From NCBI GenBank assembly GCA_019114965.1, contig DXEL01000044.1:27542-91541 (forward strand): a stretch of DNA of 64,000 nucleotides, in the 5' to 3' direction. Position 1 is the stretch's first letter; every line of letters starts with the position of its first letter. The notes below the pieces were generated by a model. The model searched no databases. It was not told where the DNA came from and saw only the letters and a list, made by a program, of their open reading frames with translations. Origin of the DNA: Candidatus Parabacteroides intestinipullorum (GTDB lineage: Bacteria > Bacteroidota > Bacteroidia > Bacteroidales > Tannerellaceae). Of the stretch, positions 38,501 through 47,712 are shown in pieces. The position numbers and the translations under genes are program-made.

Positions 38501-38680
38501 CAAAGATAAGTAAAAAATGTTGCTAAAAATCATTTTTCTCCCTTTTTATACTTGTTAGGTACTTTATATTTTTTACTCTTTGAAAAAAGTTATTTCATTG
38601 TTATATAAATATTTGCTTATTTGATAGATTTATATTTTCTTTATATGACGAAAAAAGGATCTTGAATCCATCTACTTTTG
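38501..38680. promoter_or_regulatory. Divergent promoter region with a possible regulator operator
   Basis: TATCTTTG on the minus strand (38501-38508); TACTTTTG on the plus strand (38673-38680); TTTATATTTT direct repeats at 38563 and 38629. Confidence 0.55.
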
Positions 38681-38836
38681 CGATGAGTTTAATTTTAGGT
38701 AAAGGAGAACCTGCTTTACGAGATTCTATTAATACCGTGAAAGATTAGTCGCAAAGGTTAAAAAGATTGTAAGGTTTATTTATTTGGGAGAATTTTAGAA
38801 GAGAAGTGTTATTATTAATCTTAATGAAAAGTGAAC

Positions 38837-41800
38837 ATGAAAAAACATTTTCTGTTTAGCGAGGCGAGAGGCCTGATCCTCCTTTTGGTGGGTGTCCTCT
38901 TAGCGGTGAGTGGTTTCGCGCAGTCCCCGACCATTAAGGGTGTGGTGAAAGACGCGAAGTTGGGCGATCCGATTATTGGCGCCAGTGTGCTTGAGAAGGG
39001 TACGACAAATGGTACGATTACCGATTTCGATGGTAATTTCGTGTTGACCCCGACCTCTAATGATGCCGTGTTGGTGATCTCTTACATTGGTTATAAGACA
39101 CAAGAGATTCCTTTGGCCGGCCAGAATGATTTCAATATTGTTTTAAGTGAGGACATGGAAGCCTTGGATGAGGTGGTTGTCGTTGGTTACGCTACTGGTA
39201 GCAAGCGTACGATTTCTGGTGCTGTCGAGCGCATCAAGAAAGAGGATATGAACCAGGGTGTTGTCAACAATCCGTTGGAGTCCATCAAGGGTAAGGTTGC
39301 CGGTGTCGTTGTGACACAGACTGGTGGTGACCCTGCTTCTACGCCTTCTATTCGTGTGCGTGGTACGACCTCTCTTTCTGGTGGTAACGACCCGTTGGTA
39401 ATCATCGATGGTGTCTTTGGTGACTTGTCGATGTTGAACGCGATCGCTCCTGCGGATATCGAGACCTTCACGATCTTGAAGGACGCGTCTGAGACAGCTC
39501 AGTATGGTTCTCGTGGTGCTTCCGGTGTTATCGTCGTAACGACCGTAAAGGGTAAGAACGGTGTGAAGACCTTGAGCTATAACGGTAACTATGGCGTAAG
39601 CACGGTTTACAAGAACCTCGACATGCTTTCAGCTGACCAATACCGTGCGACAGCTCAGAAGCTGGGTATCACGACGAACGACAAGGGTTACAACTCAAAC
39701 TGGTTTGATGAGATCGAGCAGTTAGGTTATACCCAGAATCACAACTTGTCGTTTGGCGCCGGTAATGATGATTCAAACTACCGTGCTTCTGTCGGCTTGA
39801 TCGACCAGCAGGGTATCATCAAGAACAGTGGCTCTCGTAACTATACGGCCAAGTTGGACGCTACACAGAATATGTTTAACAATAAGCTGAAATTGGAGTT
39901 TGGTATGTTCGGTTCGTTGAAGGAGGTTGATTACACGAACGACTATGAGAAGACTTTCTATTCAGCCGCTTCTTTCAACCCGACTTTCCCGACATTCAAG
40001 AACTCTGAGGGTGTATGGGATGAGGACCCGATGGCTAACGAGATCCAGAACCCAATGGGCCGTTTGGAGATCAAGGACCGTGAGATCAACGCTTACGTTA
40101 ACGTTCATGGTCGTTTGACTTATACGATCCTCGATGGCTTGAAGTTGAGCGCGTTCGGTTCTTATACATATAATGTTAAGGAGAACAAGCGTTATTTCCC
40201 GAAAGACATCAAGGCTAGTATGGCGGATGGCGGTCACGCTGAGCGCGTAGACAACAAGCAAAACATCTTGATGGGTAACATCCAGTTGACCTATACGAAG
40301 GATTTCAATGAGAAGCATCATTTCGACGCTTTGGCGTTGGTTGAGGGCCAGAAATATCATTATACCGGTTTCACGGCCAAGTCACATGCTTACGAGACAG
40401 ACTATTTCACATACAACAACCTGAAAGCTGGTGGTGACGTGAAGTATGGTGATGTTGAGTCGTTGGAGAACGAGAACCGTATCGCCTCTTTCATGGCACG
40501 TGTGAACTATATGTTTGATAACCGTTATATCGTTACGGCTAACCTCCGTGCCGATGGTTCTTCTAAGCTGGGTTCAGAGAACAAGTGGGGTTTCTTCCCG
40601 TCCGCTTCACTCGCGTGGGTGATCAACGAGGAGGCCTTCATGGAGGATGTGGATTGGTTGAGCAACTTGAAACTCCGTGCGGGTTACGGTTTGACCGGTA
40701 ACCAGGACGCTATTGCCGCTTACAACTCGTTGGCTCTTTACCAACCGTCAGGATTGACCTCTCTGGGTGGTTCGCCTATGGCAACTTACGCGATCTTGCG
40801 TAACGCTAACCCGGATTTGCGTTGGGAGGTAAAGAAGACATTTGATGTTGGTTTTGATTTTGGTGTTATGAATGGCCGTTATTCGTTGACTGCGGATTGG
40901 TATCATTCTAAGACGAGCGATATGCTTTATATGTATGATGTTCCTGTTCCTCCGTTTGTTTATCCGTCATTGTTGGCTAACATGGGTGAGATGACCAATA
41001 CGGGTATCGAGTTGGCTGTTAACGCTGGTTTGGTTCAGACAAAGGATTTCGATTTCAACTTGGGTATGAACTTCTCTTGGCAGAAGAACAAACTGAACTC
41101 ATTGAGCGGTACTTATATGGGTCAGGACCTGTCAACTTCAGAGTACATTCCTATCTCTAACATGAGCGGTGCCGGATTCGTTGGTAACAACAACGTGGTT
41201 TACATGATGGAAGGTCAGCCTGTAGGCGTATTCTATATCCCGCGTTGCCTGGGCTTGAGCGAGCCGGATGAGAATGGTCACCGTACTTATATCTTGGACG
41301 ACATGATCGATGGCCAGGAGGGTTTCAACTCTAACGATGGTGGTGACCGTTACATCGCCGGTCAGGCTATGCCGAAGTATTATCTGGGCTTGAACCTGAA
41401 CTTCCGTTACAAACGTTTCGACTTGACGACTCAGATGAACGGTGCGTTCGGTCACAAGATCTTCAACGGTACCTCTTTGGCTTACATGAACCTTAGCCAG
41501 TTCCCGACTTACAATGTCATGGACGGCGCTCAGGATGAGATGATCTTCGCGCAAGACATCAGCGACTACTGGTTGGAGAGCGGTAACTATCTGAATATCG
41601 AGTATATCACTTTGGGATATAACTTCAACTGCGAGAAGTTCAGCGAGTACGTCAAGAATATCCGTCTTTCGTTCTCAGTTAATAACGTAGCTACAATCTC
41701 TGGTTATTCTGGTTTGTCTCCAATGTTGAACAGCCAGACGATCTCTAACGTATCGGATCCGGGCGCAAATACGCTGGGTGTGGATAACAAGGAGTTCTAT

Positions 41801-41845
41801 CCTTTGTCTCGTACGTATTCTTTGGGTGTTAGTGTTACATTCTAA
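38837..41845 (+). CDS. susC: SusC/RagA family TonB-dependent receptor
   Basis: GTTNGTITDFDG, DEVVVVGY, PLVIIDG, LKDASETAQYGSRGASGVIVVTT and NPDLRWE motifs; C-terminal Phe. Confidence 0.95.
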   Translation: MKKHFLFSEARGLILLLVGVLLAVSGFAQSPTIKGVVKDAKLGDPIIGASVLEKGTTNGTITDFDGNFVLTPTSNDAVLVISYIGYKTQEIPLAGQNDFNIVLSEDMEALDEVVVVGYATGSKRTISGAVERIKKEDMNQGVVNNPLESIKGKVAGVVVTQTGGDPASTPSIRVRGTTSLSGGNDPLVIIDGVFGDLSMLNAIAPADIETFTILKDASETAQYGSRGASGVIVVTTVKGKNGVKTLSYNGNYGVSTVYKNLDMLSADQYRATAQKLGITTNDKGYNSNWFDEIEQLGYTQNHNLSFGAGNDDSNYRASVGLIDQQGIIKNSGSRNYTAKLDATQNMFNNKLKLEFGMFGSLKEVDYTNDYEKTFYSAASFNPTFPTFKNSEGVWDEDPMANEIQNPMGRLEIKDREINAYVNVHGRLTYTILDGLKLSAFGSYTYNVKENKRYFPKDIKASMADGGHAERVDNKQNILMGNIQLTYTKDFNEKHHFDALALVEGQKYHYTGFTAKSHAYETDYFTYNNLKAGGDVKYGDVESLENENRIASFMARVNYMFDNRYIVTANLRADGSSKLGSENKWGFFPSASLAWVINEEAFMEDVDWLSNLKLRAGYGLTGNQDAIAAYNSLALYQPSGLTSLGGSPMATYAILRNANPDLRWEVKKTFDVGFDFGVMNGRYSLTADWYHSKTSDMLYMYDVPVPPFVYPSLLANMGEMTNTGIELAVNAGLVQTKDFDFNLGMNFSWQKNKLNSLSGTYMGQDLSTSEYIPISNMSGAGFVGNNNVVYMMEGQPVGVFYIPRCLGLSEPDENGHRTYILDDMIDGQEGFNSNDGGDRYIAGQAMPKYYLGLNLNFRYKRFDLTTQMNGAFGHKIFNGTSLAYMNLSQFPTYNVMDGAQDEMIFAQDISDYWLESGNYLNIEYITLGYNFNCEKFSEYVKNIRLSFSVNNVATISGYSGLSPMLNSQTISNVSDPGANTLGVDNKEFYPLSRTYSLGVSVTF

Positions 41846-41870
41846 AACCGTTTAAAACACAATCAGAATT

Positions 41871-43547
41871 ATGAAAAAGAAATTCTTAAATATATCTTTG
41901 GTAGCGGCCTGCGCCGCAGTCCTTTCCTCTTGCTCCAATTTCCTGGAGGAGAACCCGACGGACGCTTTCGATGAGAACGAGGCTTTCGCGAACGAGAACC
42001 TGGTTTACCTCAATGCCGTCGCTAATCTTTACGACAAGATGAATTACTTGATGGGACAAGACCGTCATGTATATGATATGAATACGTTCTCGAGTGATGA
42101 GGCCTTCTTGCCTTGCCGTATTGGTGACTGGGAAGATGGTGGTCTTTGGCAGAACCTGTTCCTTCACAACTGGGGAACAATGTTCGACCTCTCTCAGAAC
42201 TCATGGAACTATCTTTACGAGAAGGTAGGTCATTGCAACCAGGCTCTTGCCAAGTTGGAGGAGTTGCAAGCAGAGCAACCGGACGCTGATTATCTGCCTG
42301 CCTACATCGCTGAAGCTCGTTCAGTACGTGCGATGTATTATTTCTATTTGATGGATCTGTTTGGTCGTGTACCTTTGGTGACTTCTACGGAGACACAAAT
42401 GAGCGAGGTCGAGCAGCCGGAGCGTAGCGAGGTGTTCAACTTCATCGTTAAGGAGTTGCAGGAGTCAATCCCGATGCTTTCTACCCAGAAGAGCAACCAG
42501 CAGGGTGTTTATTATGGCCGTTTCACGCAAGGACCAGCCTATTTCCTTTTGGCGAAACTTGCGCTTAACGCGGATGTTTATACGGATGATAACTGGAACG
42601 ACGGTATCATGAATCGTCCGGATGCCAAGACAATCATGTTCGACGTTGATGGCCAGCAGGTGAACGCTTACGAGGCTGTTATCAAATATGTCGATAAATT
42701 GTCGGAGCTGGGTTATGTTTTGGAGTCGGATTTCATGAACAACTTCTCCTTGACAAATGATAACTCTAACGAGAACATCTTCACGATCCCGATGGATCCG
42801 AGTGATTATCCTAACAACTGGACATACAATTTTGTCCGTACTCGTCACTATACGCATGGTGCCGCTTATGGCTTGAACGGCTGGAATGGTTCGTGCGCGA
42901 CAAAAACGGCGATGAAGGTGTTTGGTTACGGAACTGAGAATCCTGATCCACGTTTGGACTTGAGCTATTTCGCTGGTGCGGTTTATGGCGCTGATGGTAA
43001 TCAGTTAATCCTTGAGTATGGTGGACAGCAACTGCCGTTCGAGTATGCCCCAATGCAGGCTAAGGTTTATATGGAGGCTAGCGATGGTGTTTATGTGCAA
43101 ACAGCGGGCGCACGCCAGAAAAAATATGAGATGGATGAGAATCCGGGTTCTAACAATGGAGAGTTGCCACGCAACGACATGGTTTTGTACCGCTATGCGG
43201 ATGCGGTCCTGATGAAGGCTGAGGCTAAATTGCGTTTGGGTCAGAACGCTGACGCTGAGGTGAACGAGGTCCGTGCACGTGTAGGGGCAACACCGAAGAC
43301 TAACGTGACTTTGGATGATATCTTGGATGAGCGCTTGCTCGAGTTGGCTTGGGAAGGCTGGCGTCGTAACGACCAGATCCGTTTCGGTACCTTCACCCAA
43401 CCGAATGACGACCGTTATGTAGGCGTAAAACACTCAGCTAGCTCATTGGATTATCAGATTGACCAGACAGGTTATACGACTGTCTTCGCGATACATAATA
43501 ACGTATTGCTGTTGAATCCGAAAATGACCCAGAATCCAGGTTATTGA
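41871..43547 (+). CDS. susD: SusD/RagB family lipoprotein
   Basis: Lipobox LSSC; EARSVRAMYYFYLMDLFGRVP, YRYADAVLMKAEA and ERLLELAWEGWRRNDQIRFG motifs. Confidence 0.95.
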   Translation: MKKKFLNISLVAACAAVLSSCSNFLEENPTDAFDENEAFANENLVYLNAVANLYDKMNYLMGQDRHVYDMNTFSSDEAFLPCRIGDWEDGGLWQNLFLHNWGTMFDLSQNSWNYLYEKVGHCNQALAKLEELQAEQPDADYLPAYIAEARSVRAMYYFYLMDLFGRVPLVTSTETQMSEVEQPERSEVFNFIVKELQESIPMLSTQKSNQQGVYYGRFTQGPAYFLLAKLALNADVYTDDNWNDGIMNRPDAKTIMFDVDGQQVNAYEAVIKYVDKLSELGYVLESDFMNNFSLTNDNSNENIFTIPMDPSDYPNNWTYNFVRTRHYTHGAAYGLNGWNGSCATKTAMKVFGYGTENPDPRLDLSYFAGAVYGADGNQLILEYGGQQLPFEYAPMQAKVYMEASDGVYVQTAGARQKKYEMDENPGSNNGELPRNDMVLYRYADAVLMKAEAKLRLGQNADAEVNEVRARVGATPKTNVTLDDILDERLLELAWEGWRRNDQIRFGTFTQPNDDRYVGVKHSASSLDYQIDQTGYTTVFAIHNNVLLLNPKMTQNPGY

Positions 43548-43570
43548 TTAAATAATGAGTGATTGAAGTG

Positions 43571-43604
43571 AGCCCTCCCGACAATTGCCGGGAGGGCTTT
43601 TTTT
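43571..43604 (+). terminator. Intrinsic terminator after the second susD
   Basis: AGCCCTCCCG-ACAATTGC-CGGGAGGGCT followed by a T-tract. Confidence 0.92.
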
Positions 43605-43705
43605 GCGTATAATTGATAGTGAATGGTGGATCTGGCGGATTAATGCGCTGGATTTTTCATTACTTTTGTTGTCAATTTGAAATTAACGACTAAAGATAAA
43701 AGAAG

Positions 43706-44725
43706 ATGAGAAGTTTCGCTAGTGACAATAACTCCGGCGTTCACCCCCGGATTATGGAAGCGGTGATCAAGGCAAATGATAACCATGCGGTTGGCTACGG
43801 TGACGATCCTTGGACCAAGGCCGCGACCCGTAAGTTGAAAGATATTTTTGGTGAGGTGGCCGAGCCCTTCTTCCTGTTTAATGGTACAGGTGCGAACTCG
43901 GTGGCTCTGCAGGCGGTAACCCGTCCGTTCAATAGCATTCTTTGCGCGGAGACGGCGCATATCAACGTCGATGAGTGTGGCGCTCCGGCCCGGATGACTG
44001 GCTGCGCGATCGTGCCTATCGCTACACCTGATGGCAAGTTGACTCCCGAGTTGATCCGTCCTCATCTGCGTAATTTTGGTGTTTGCCATCACTCACAGCC
44101 CAAGGCGGTTTATATCTCGCAAGTGTCGGAGTTGGGAACGGTCTATACGATTGAGGAGGTACGGGCGATCGCGGACCTGCTCCATTCTTATAATATGTAT
44201 CTCCATATGGACGGCGCCCGATTGGCCAATGCCTGCGAGTACCTGAAGTGTGGAATGCGTGAGGTGACGATTGACGCGGGTGTCGATATCCTGAGTTTTG
44301 GTGGTACGAAAAACGGCATGATGATGGGTGAGGCGGTGATCTCCTTCCGTCCGGAGATCTCGGAAAACCTGGCCTATATCCGTAAGCAATCGGCCCAGTT
44401 GGCTTCCAAGCTGCGTTACCTGTCGGCCCAGTTTATTCCTTATCTGGAAAATGACCTCTGGTTGGAGAACGCTCGTCGGGCCAATACGCATGCGTTGCGT
44501 CTGGCGAAGATGCTTTCCCGTTACCCGGAGATCCATTTCACGCAGAAGGTCGAGTCGAACCAGCTTTTCTTTACGTTGCCGACAGAGGCGCTTCACAAGC
44601 TGCAAGAGAAATATTTCTTCTATATGTGGAATGAGGAGACCAATGAGGCTCGTCTTGTCACTTCTTGGGATACGACCGACGAGGATATCGACTCGTTGGA
44701 GAAAACCTTGGAAGAGATTTTTTAA
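43706..44725 (+). CDS. ltaE: Low-specificity L-threonine aldolase
   Basis: FASDNNSG, GYGDD, NGTGANS, HMDGARLANA and SFGGTKNG (PLP lysine) motifs; TACTTTTG promoter element at 43661. Confidence 0.92.
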   Translation: MRSFASDNNSGVHPRIMEAVIKANDNHAVGYGDDPWTKAATRKLKDIFGEVAEPFFLFNGTGANSVALQAVTRPFNSILCAETAHINVDECGAPARMTGCAIVPIATPDGKLTPELIRPHLRNFGVCHHSQPKAVYISQVSELGTVYTIEEVRAIADLLHSYNMYLHMDGARLANACEYLKCGMREVTIDAGVDILSFGGTKNGMMMGEAVISFRPEISENLAYIRKQSAQLASKLRYLSAQFIPYLENDLWLENARRANTHALRLAKMLSRYPEIHFTQKVESNQLFFTLPTEALHKLQEKYFFYMWNEETNEARLVTSWDTTDEDIDSLEKTLEEIF

Positions 44726-44762
44726 ACGGGCGTGGCCTTCCGTTGGCCGTTGCGGAGCGGGC

Positions 44763-44864
44763 ACCAGTCCTTTTCGAACAAAACTCCAGTCCTCTTGGGA
44801 GAGGATTCGAGTACTTTCCGGAGAAAACTCCAGTCCGATCCAGATGGGACTGGAGTCTTTTCCG
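44763..44864. repeat. Duplicated 44-bp unit built from inverted 22-bp halves
   Basis: AAAACTCCAGTCC at 44780 and 44824; inverted GGACTGGAGTCTTTT at 44847; degenerate GGATTCGAGTACTTT at 44803. Confidence 0.75.
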
Positions 44865-44923
44865 TAGGGGATTGATAACGACCGCTTACGGTGATGATGT
44901 TTTATGCGTTATTAAATAAAGAT

Positions 44924-45340
44924 ATGGATACACGAATTGTAGAAAAAATAAAGGAACGGATCGCGACCAATCCTTACGTGAATTTCTTGGGAATCCATTT
45001 CTCCAAGATTGAGGAGGGAGTCGTGGAGGCGCGTATGCCCTTGCGTGACGAGCAGCGCCAGTACAGTGGAGTGACACATGGTGGCGTCTTGGCCGCTTTA
45101 GCCGATACGATAGCTGGTTTCGCGGCCTATACGATGACACCGTTGGAGAAGGATGTATTGACGGCTGAGCTAAAGATCTCTTTCTTGCGGGCAGCGTGGG
45201 GCTATGAGCTGATTGCCCGGGGAGTCGTGATCAAGCCGGGACATCGGTTGCATTTCTGTGAGTGCGAGATTTATTGCGACGACAAGCTGGTGGGCAAGGC
45301 CTCGGGTACCTTCTGCGTGGTCGAGTCGCAAGTGGATTGA
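44924..45340 (+). CDS. PaaI family thioesterase
   Basis: HGGVLAALADTIAG hotdog motif and LKISFLR; likely start MDTRIVE at 44924. Confidence 0.9.
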   Translation: MDTRIVEKIKERIATNPYVNFLGIHFSKIEEGVVEARMPLRDEQRQYSGVTHGGVLAALADTIAGFAAYTMTPLEKDVLTAELKISFLRAAWGYELIARGVVIKPGHRLHFCECEIYCDDKLVGKASGTFCVVESQVD

Positions 45341-45363
45341 ACCTAACATTAAATTTATAGATC

Positions 45364-47220
45364 ATGAGAACACATTCAGTAAGGAAAATGGTATGCGGTT
45401 GCGCCTTGGCCCTCTCCGCCTGGACAGCGTGGGGGCAGGAGGCGGTACCGAGCCTGATTGTCCGTGCCGACGACATGGGGTCGTTTCGGGCGGCTAACAT
45501 CGCCTGCATGGAGGCGTATAAGAACGGGATTGAGACTTCGATTGAGGTGATGGTTGTGACTCCTTGGTTTCCAGAGGCGGCTCGTCTGTTGAGGGAGAAT
45601 CCGGGAATTGATGTCGGATTGCATTTGACAATCACCAGCGAGTGGGACAACATCAAGTGGCGTCCGCTGACCTCATGTCCGAGTCTGGTAGACAGTAACG
45701 GTTATTTCTTCCCTATGATGAGCGCGAATCCCAACTATCCGGGACTGGCGATCAAGGAGAACAAGTGGAATATCGACGAGGTGGAGCGGGAGTTCAGGGC
45801 ACAGATTGAGATGGCCTTGAAGAATATCCCACAAATAAGCCATATCTCTGGACATATGGGCTCGACCGGGTTCGATCCCCAAGTCACGGAATTGATGCAC
45901 CGGCTGGCCGAGGAGTATAACCTGCCGGCTATCGACCGGGTGAGCGCGATGGAGGAGTATGACTTCTCGTATGCCGGTTATGACGGAGCACATAAGACCT
46001 TTGCCGAGAAGGAGGCTAGCTTCCTTAATATGCTCGGCAAGCTGGAGCCGGGCAAGAATTATATGTTTATTGACCATCCGGCCCTCGATAATGAGGAGAT
46101 GCAAACGGTTGGCCATATCGGCTATGAGAACGTTGCGGAGGATCGACAGGGTGTTACCGACCTGTTTATGAGCCCGAAGGTGAAGGCGGCAATCCAGGAA
46201 AGGAATATCCGTCTGATCAGTTACAATGACTTGACTAAATCATTGCCTCGTGCGGAGGCGACGCCTAAGATGACGAAGGCGCTCAATAAGTACCTGGAGG
46301 CGGTTGGCAAGGCTGAACAGGATCTGCATAGTGTCATGGTTCTCCAGCACGGGAAAGTGATAGCCGAGCGTTGGCTCAGTGAGGGCGCCTGGAACAAACC
46401 ACACGTGATGAACTCCGTCAGCAAGACCTTTACCGCTACGGCGATCGGTTTCGCTATTTCCGAAGGATTGTTGAAAGTGACAGATAAGGTGATCTCTTTC
46501 TTCCCCGATAAGCTGCCGGCGACCATAAGTCCGAACTTGGAGAAACTGGAGATTCGCCATTTGTTGACGATGTCGGGCGGACACGATACCGATCCGACGG
46601 GCAAGGTTCGCCAGATGGAAGGCGCCGATTGGGTTGAGGCCTTCCTGAACACGCCGTTCGAGCATGAGCCGGGTACTTTTTTCTGTTATAATAGTATGGG
46701 AACTTATGTCCTTTCGGCCATCGTTCAAAAGGTAACGGGGCAAAAGGTGGTCGATTACCTTTATCCCCGTCTGTTCCGCCCGCTGGGCATAGTAGGTGTC
46801 CATTGGGAAGAGAGTCCTCAGGGCATCAACTGTGGCGGTTGGGGCCTTTATATCCGGACTGAGGATATGGCGAAGATGGGACAATTCCTGCTTCAGAAGG
46901 GACAATGGAACGGCAAGCAACTATTACCCGCAAGTTGGGTAGAGGAGGCAACGACCACTAAGGTGGCTTCTGTTCCCGCTGGCGTACGCCCGGAAAAGGC
47001 AAAGGAACTTGGTTTGACCGCTAAGAACAGTGATTGGGTTCAGGGCTATGGTTACCAGATGTGGCGTTGTCGTCACGACGCCGTACGGGCGGATGGTGCG
47101 AATGGCCAATACATCATCCTTTTGCCGGAGAAAGACGCGGTGATTGTTACGACCGCCCATATTGGTGATATGCAGGCAGAGATCAACCTGATCTGGAAAT
47201 ACCTCTTGCCGGCTTTATAA
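45364..47220 (+). CDS. Fusion protein: YdjC/ChbG deacetylase domain plus beta-lactamase-family serine hydrolase
   Basis: N-terminal RADDMG, VGLHLT and SGHMG; C-terminal SVSK (SxxK), CYNS (YxN-like) and GYGYQMW..RADGANGQ. Confidence 0.88.
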   Translation: MRTHSVRKMVCGCALALSAWTAWGQEAVPSLIVRADDMGSFRAANIACMEAYKNGIETSIEVMVVTPWFPEAARLLRENPGIDVGLHLTITSEWDNIKWRPLTSCPSLVDSNGYFFPMMSANPNYPGLAIKENKWNIDEVEREFRAQIEMALKNIPQISHISGHMGSTGFDPQVTELMHRLAEEYNLPAIDRVSAMEEYDFSYAGYDGAHKTFAEKEASFLNMLGKLEPGKNYMFIDHPALDNEEMQTVGHIGYENVAEDRQGVTDLFMSPKVKAAIQERNIRLISYNDLTKSLPRAEATPKMTKALNKYLEAVGKAEQDLHSVMVLQHGKVIAERWLSEGAWNKPHVMNSVSKTFTATAIGFAISEGLLKVTDKVISFFPDKLPATISPNLEKLEIRHLLTMSGGHDTDPTGKVRQMEGADWVEAFLNTPFEHEPGTFFCYNSMGTYVLSAIVQKVTGQKVVDYLYPRLFRPLGIVGVHWEESPQGINCGGWGLYIRTEDMAKMGQFLLQKGQWNGKQLLPASWVEEATTTKVASVPAGVRPEKAKELGLTAKNSDWVQGYGYQMWRCRHDAVRADGANGQYIILLPEKDAVIVTTAHIGDMQAEINLIWKYLLPAL

Positions 47221-47227
47221 AAAGGAC

Positions 47228-47270
47228 GACCGGGCTGATCTCTCGCTTATTCGGCCCGGTCCCCTCTTTT
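47228..47270 (+). terminator. Probable terminator hairpin
   Basis: GACCGGGC...GCCCGGTC stem with a weak pyrimidine tail. Confidence 0.55.
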
Positions 47271-47402
47271 GGTGACAAACGCTTTCTCTCACGATCACTC
47301 CCCGATTGTCCGTTTGTCCATTCCGCATTAAAATTTCATCATACTTCACGCCATCTTCCAGCCTGACTGGATTTGTAAAATCTTTCCTGAAATCATTTTT
47401 GT

Positions 47403-47670
47403 GCTTTCACAATAGTGTGAAACCTTCGCCGCTTGTCGATGAAGCTTTCACAATAGTGTGAAACCTTCGCCACCTCTCGCTGAAGCTTTCACAATAGTGT
47501 GAAACCTTCATCGCCTCTTGCTAAAGCTTTCACAATAGTGTGAAACCTTTTCAGGGTCTTTTTTAGGCTTTCGTAATATTCTGACGCCTTTTCCGGAAAT
47601 TTTTAGAGCTTTCGTAATATTCTGATGCCTTCCCCGGAAATTTTTTTAGGCTTTCGTAATATTCAGACGC
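47403..47670. repeat. 41-bp-period array of 7 units with two core variants
   Basis: GCTTTCACAATAGTGTGAAACCTT at 47403, 47444, 47485, 47526; GCTTTCGTAATATTC(T/A)GA(C/T)GC at 47567, 47608, 47650; TTTCACA-ATAG-TGTGAAA palindrome. Confidence 0.95.
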
Positions 47671-47712
47671 GTATCTAAGGATTTATAAGGCGCATTCCTT
47701 GAAAATGGAGAG

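Noticed and set aside
45364-47220. Calling the SxxK protein a true beta-lactamase resistance gene
   Set aside because: Motifs fit the broad serine-hydrolase/esterase family, and the YdjC fusion argues for another substrate.
47222-47400. Minus-strand open frame KHKNDFRKDFTNPVRLEDGVKYDEILMRNGQTDNRGVIVRES...
   Set aside because: Looks protein-like but is bounded upstream by a stop within the array and I cannot assign a family; possibly a gene remnant, unsupported without a search.
47403-47550. CRISPR array call
   Set aside because: Linkers are only 16-17 bp and resemble each other, the core changes midway, and there is no cas gene or leader; kept as a tandem repeat.
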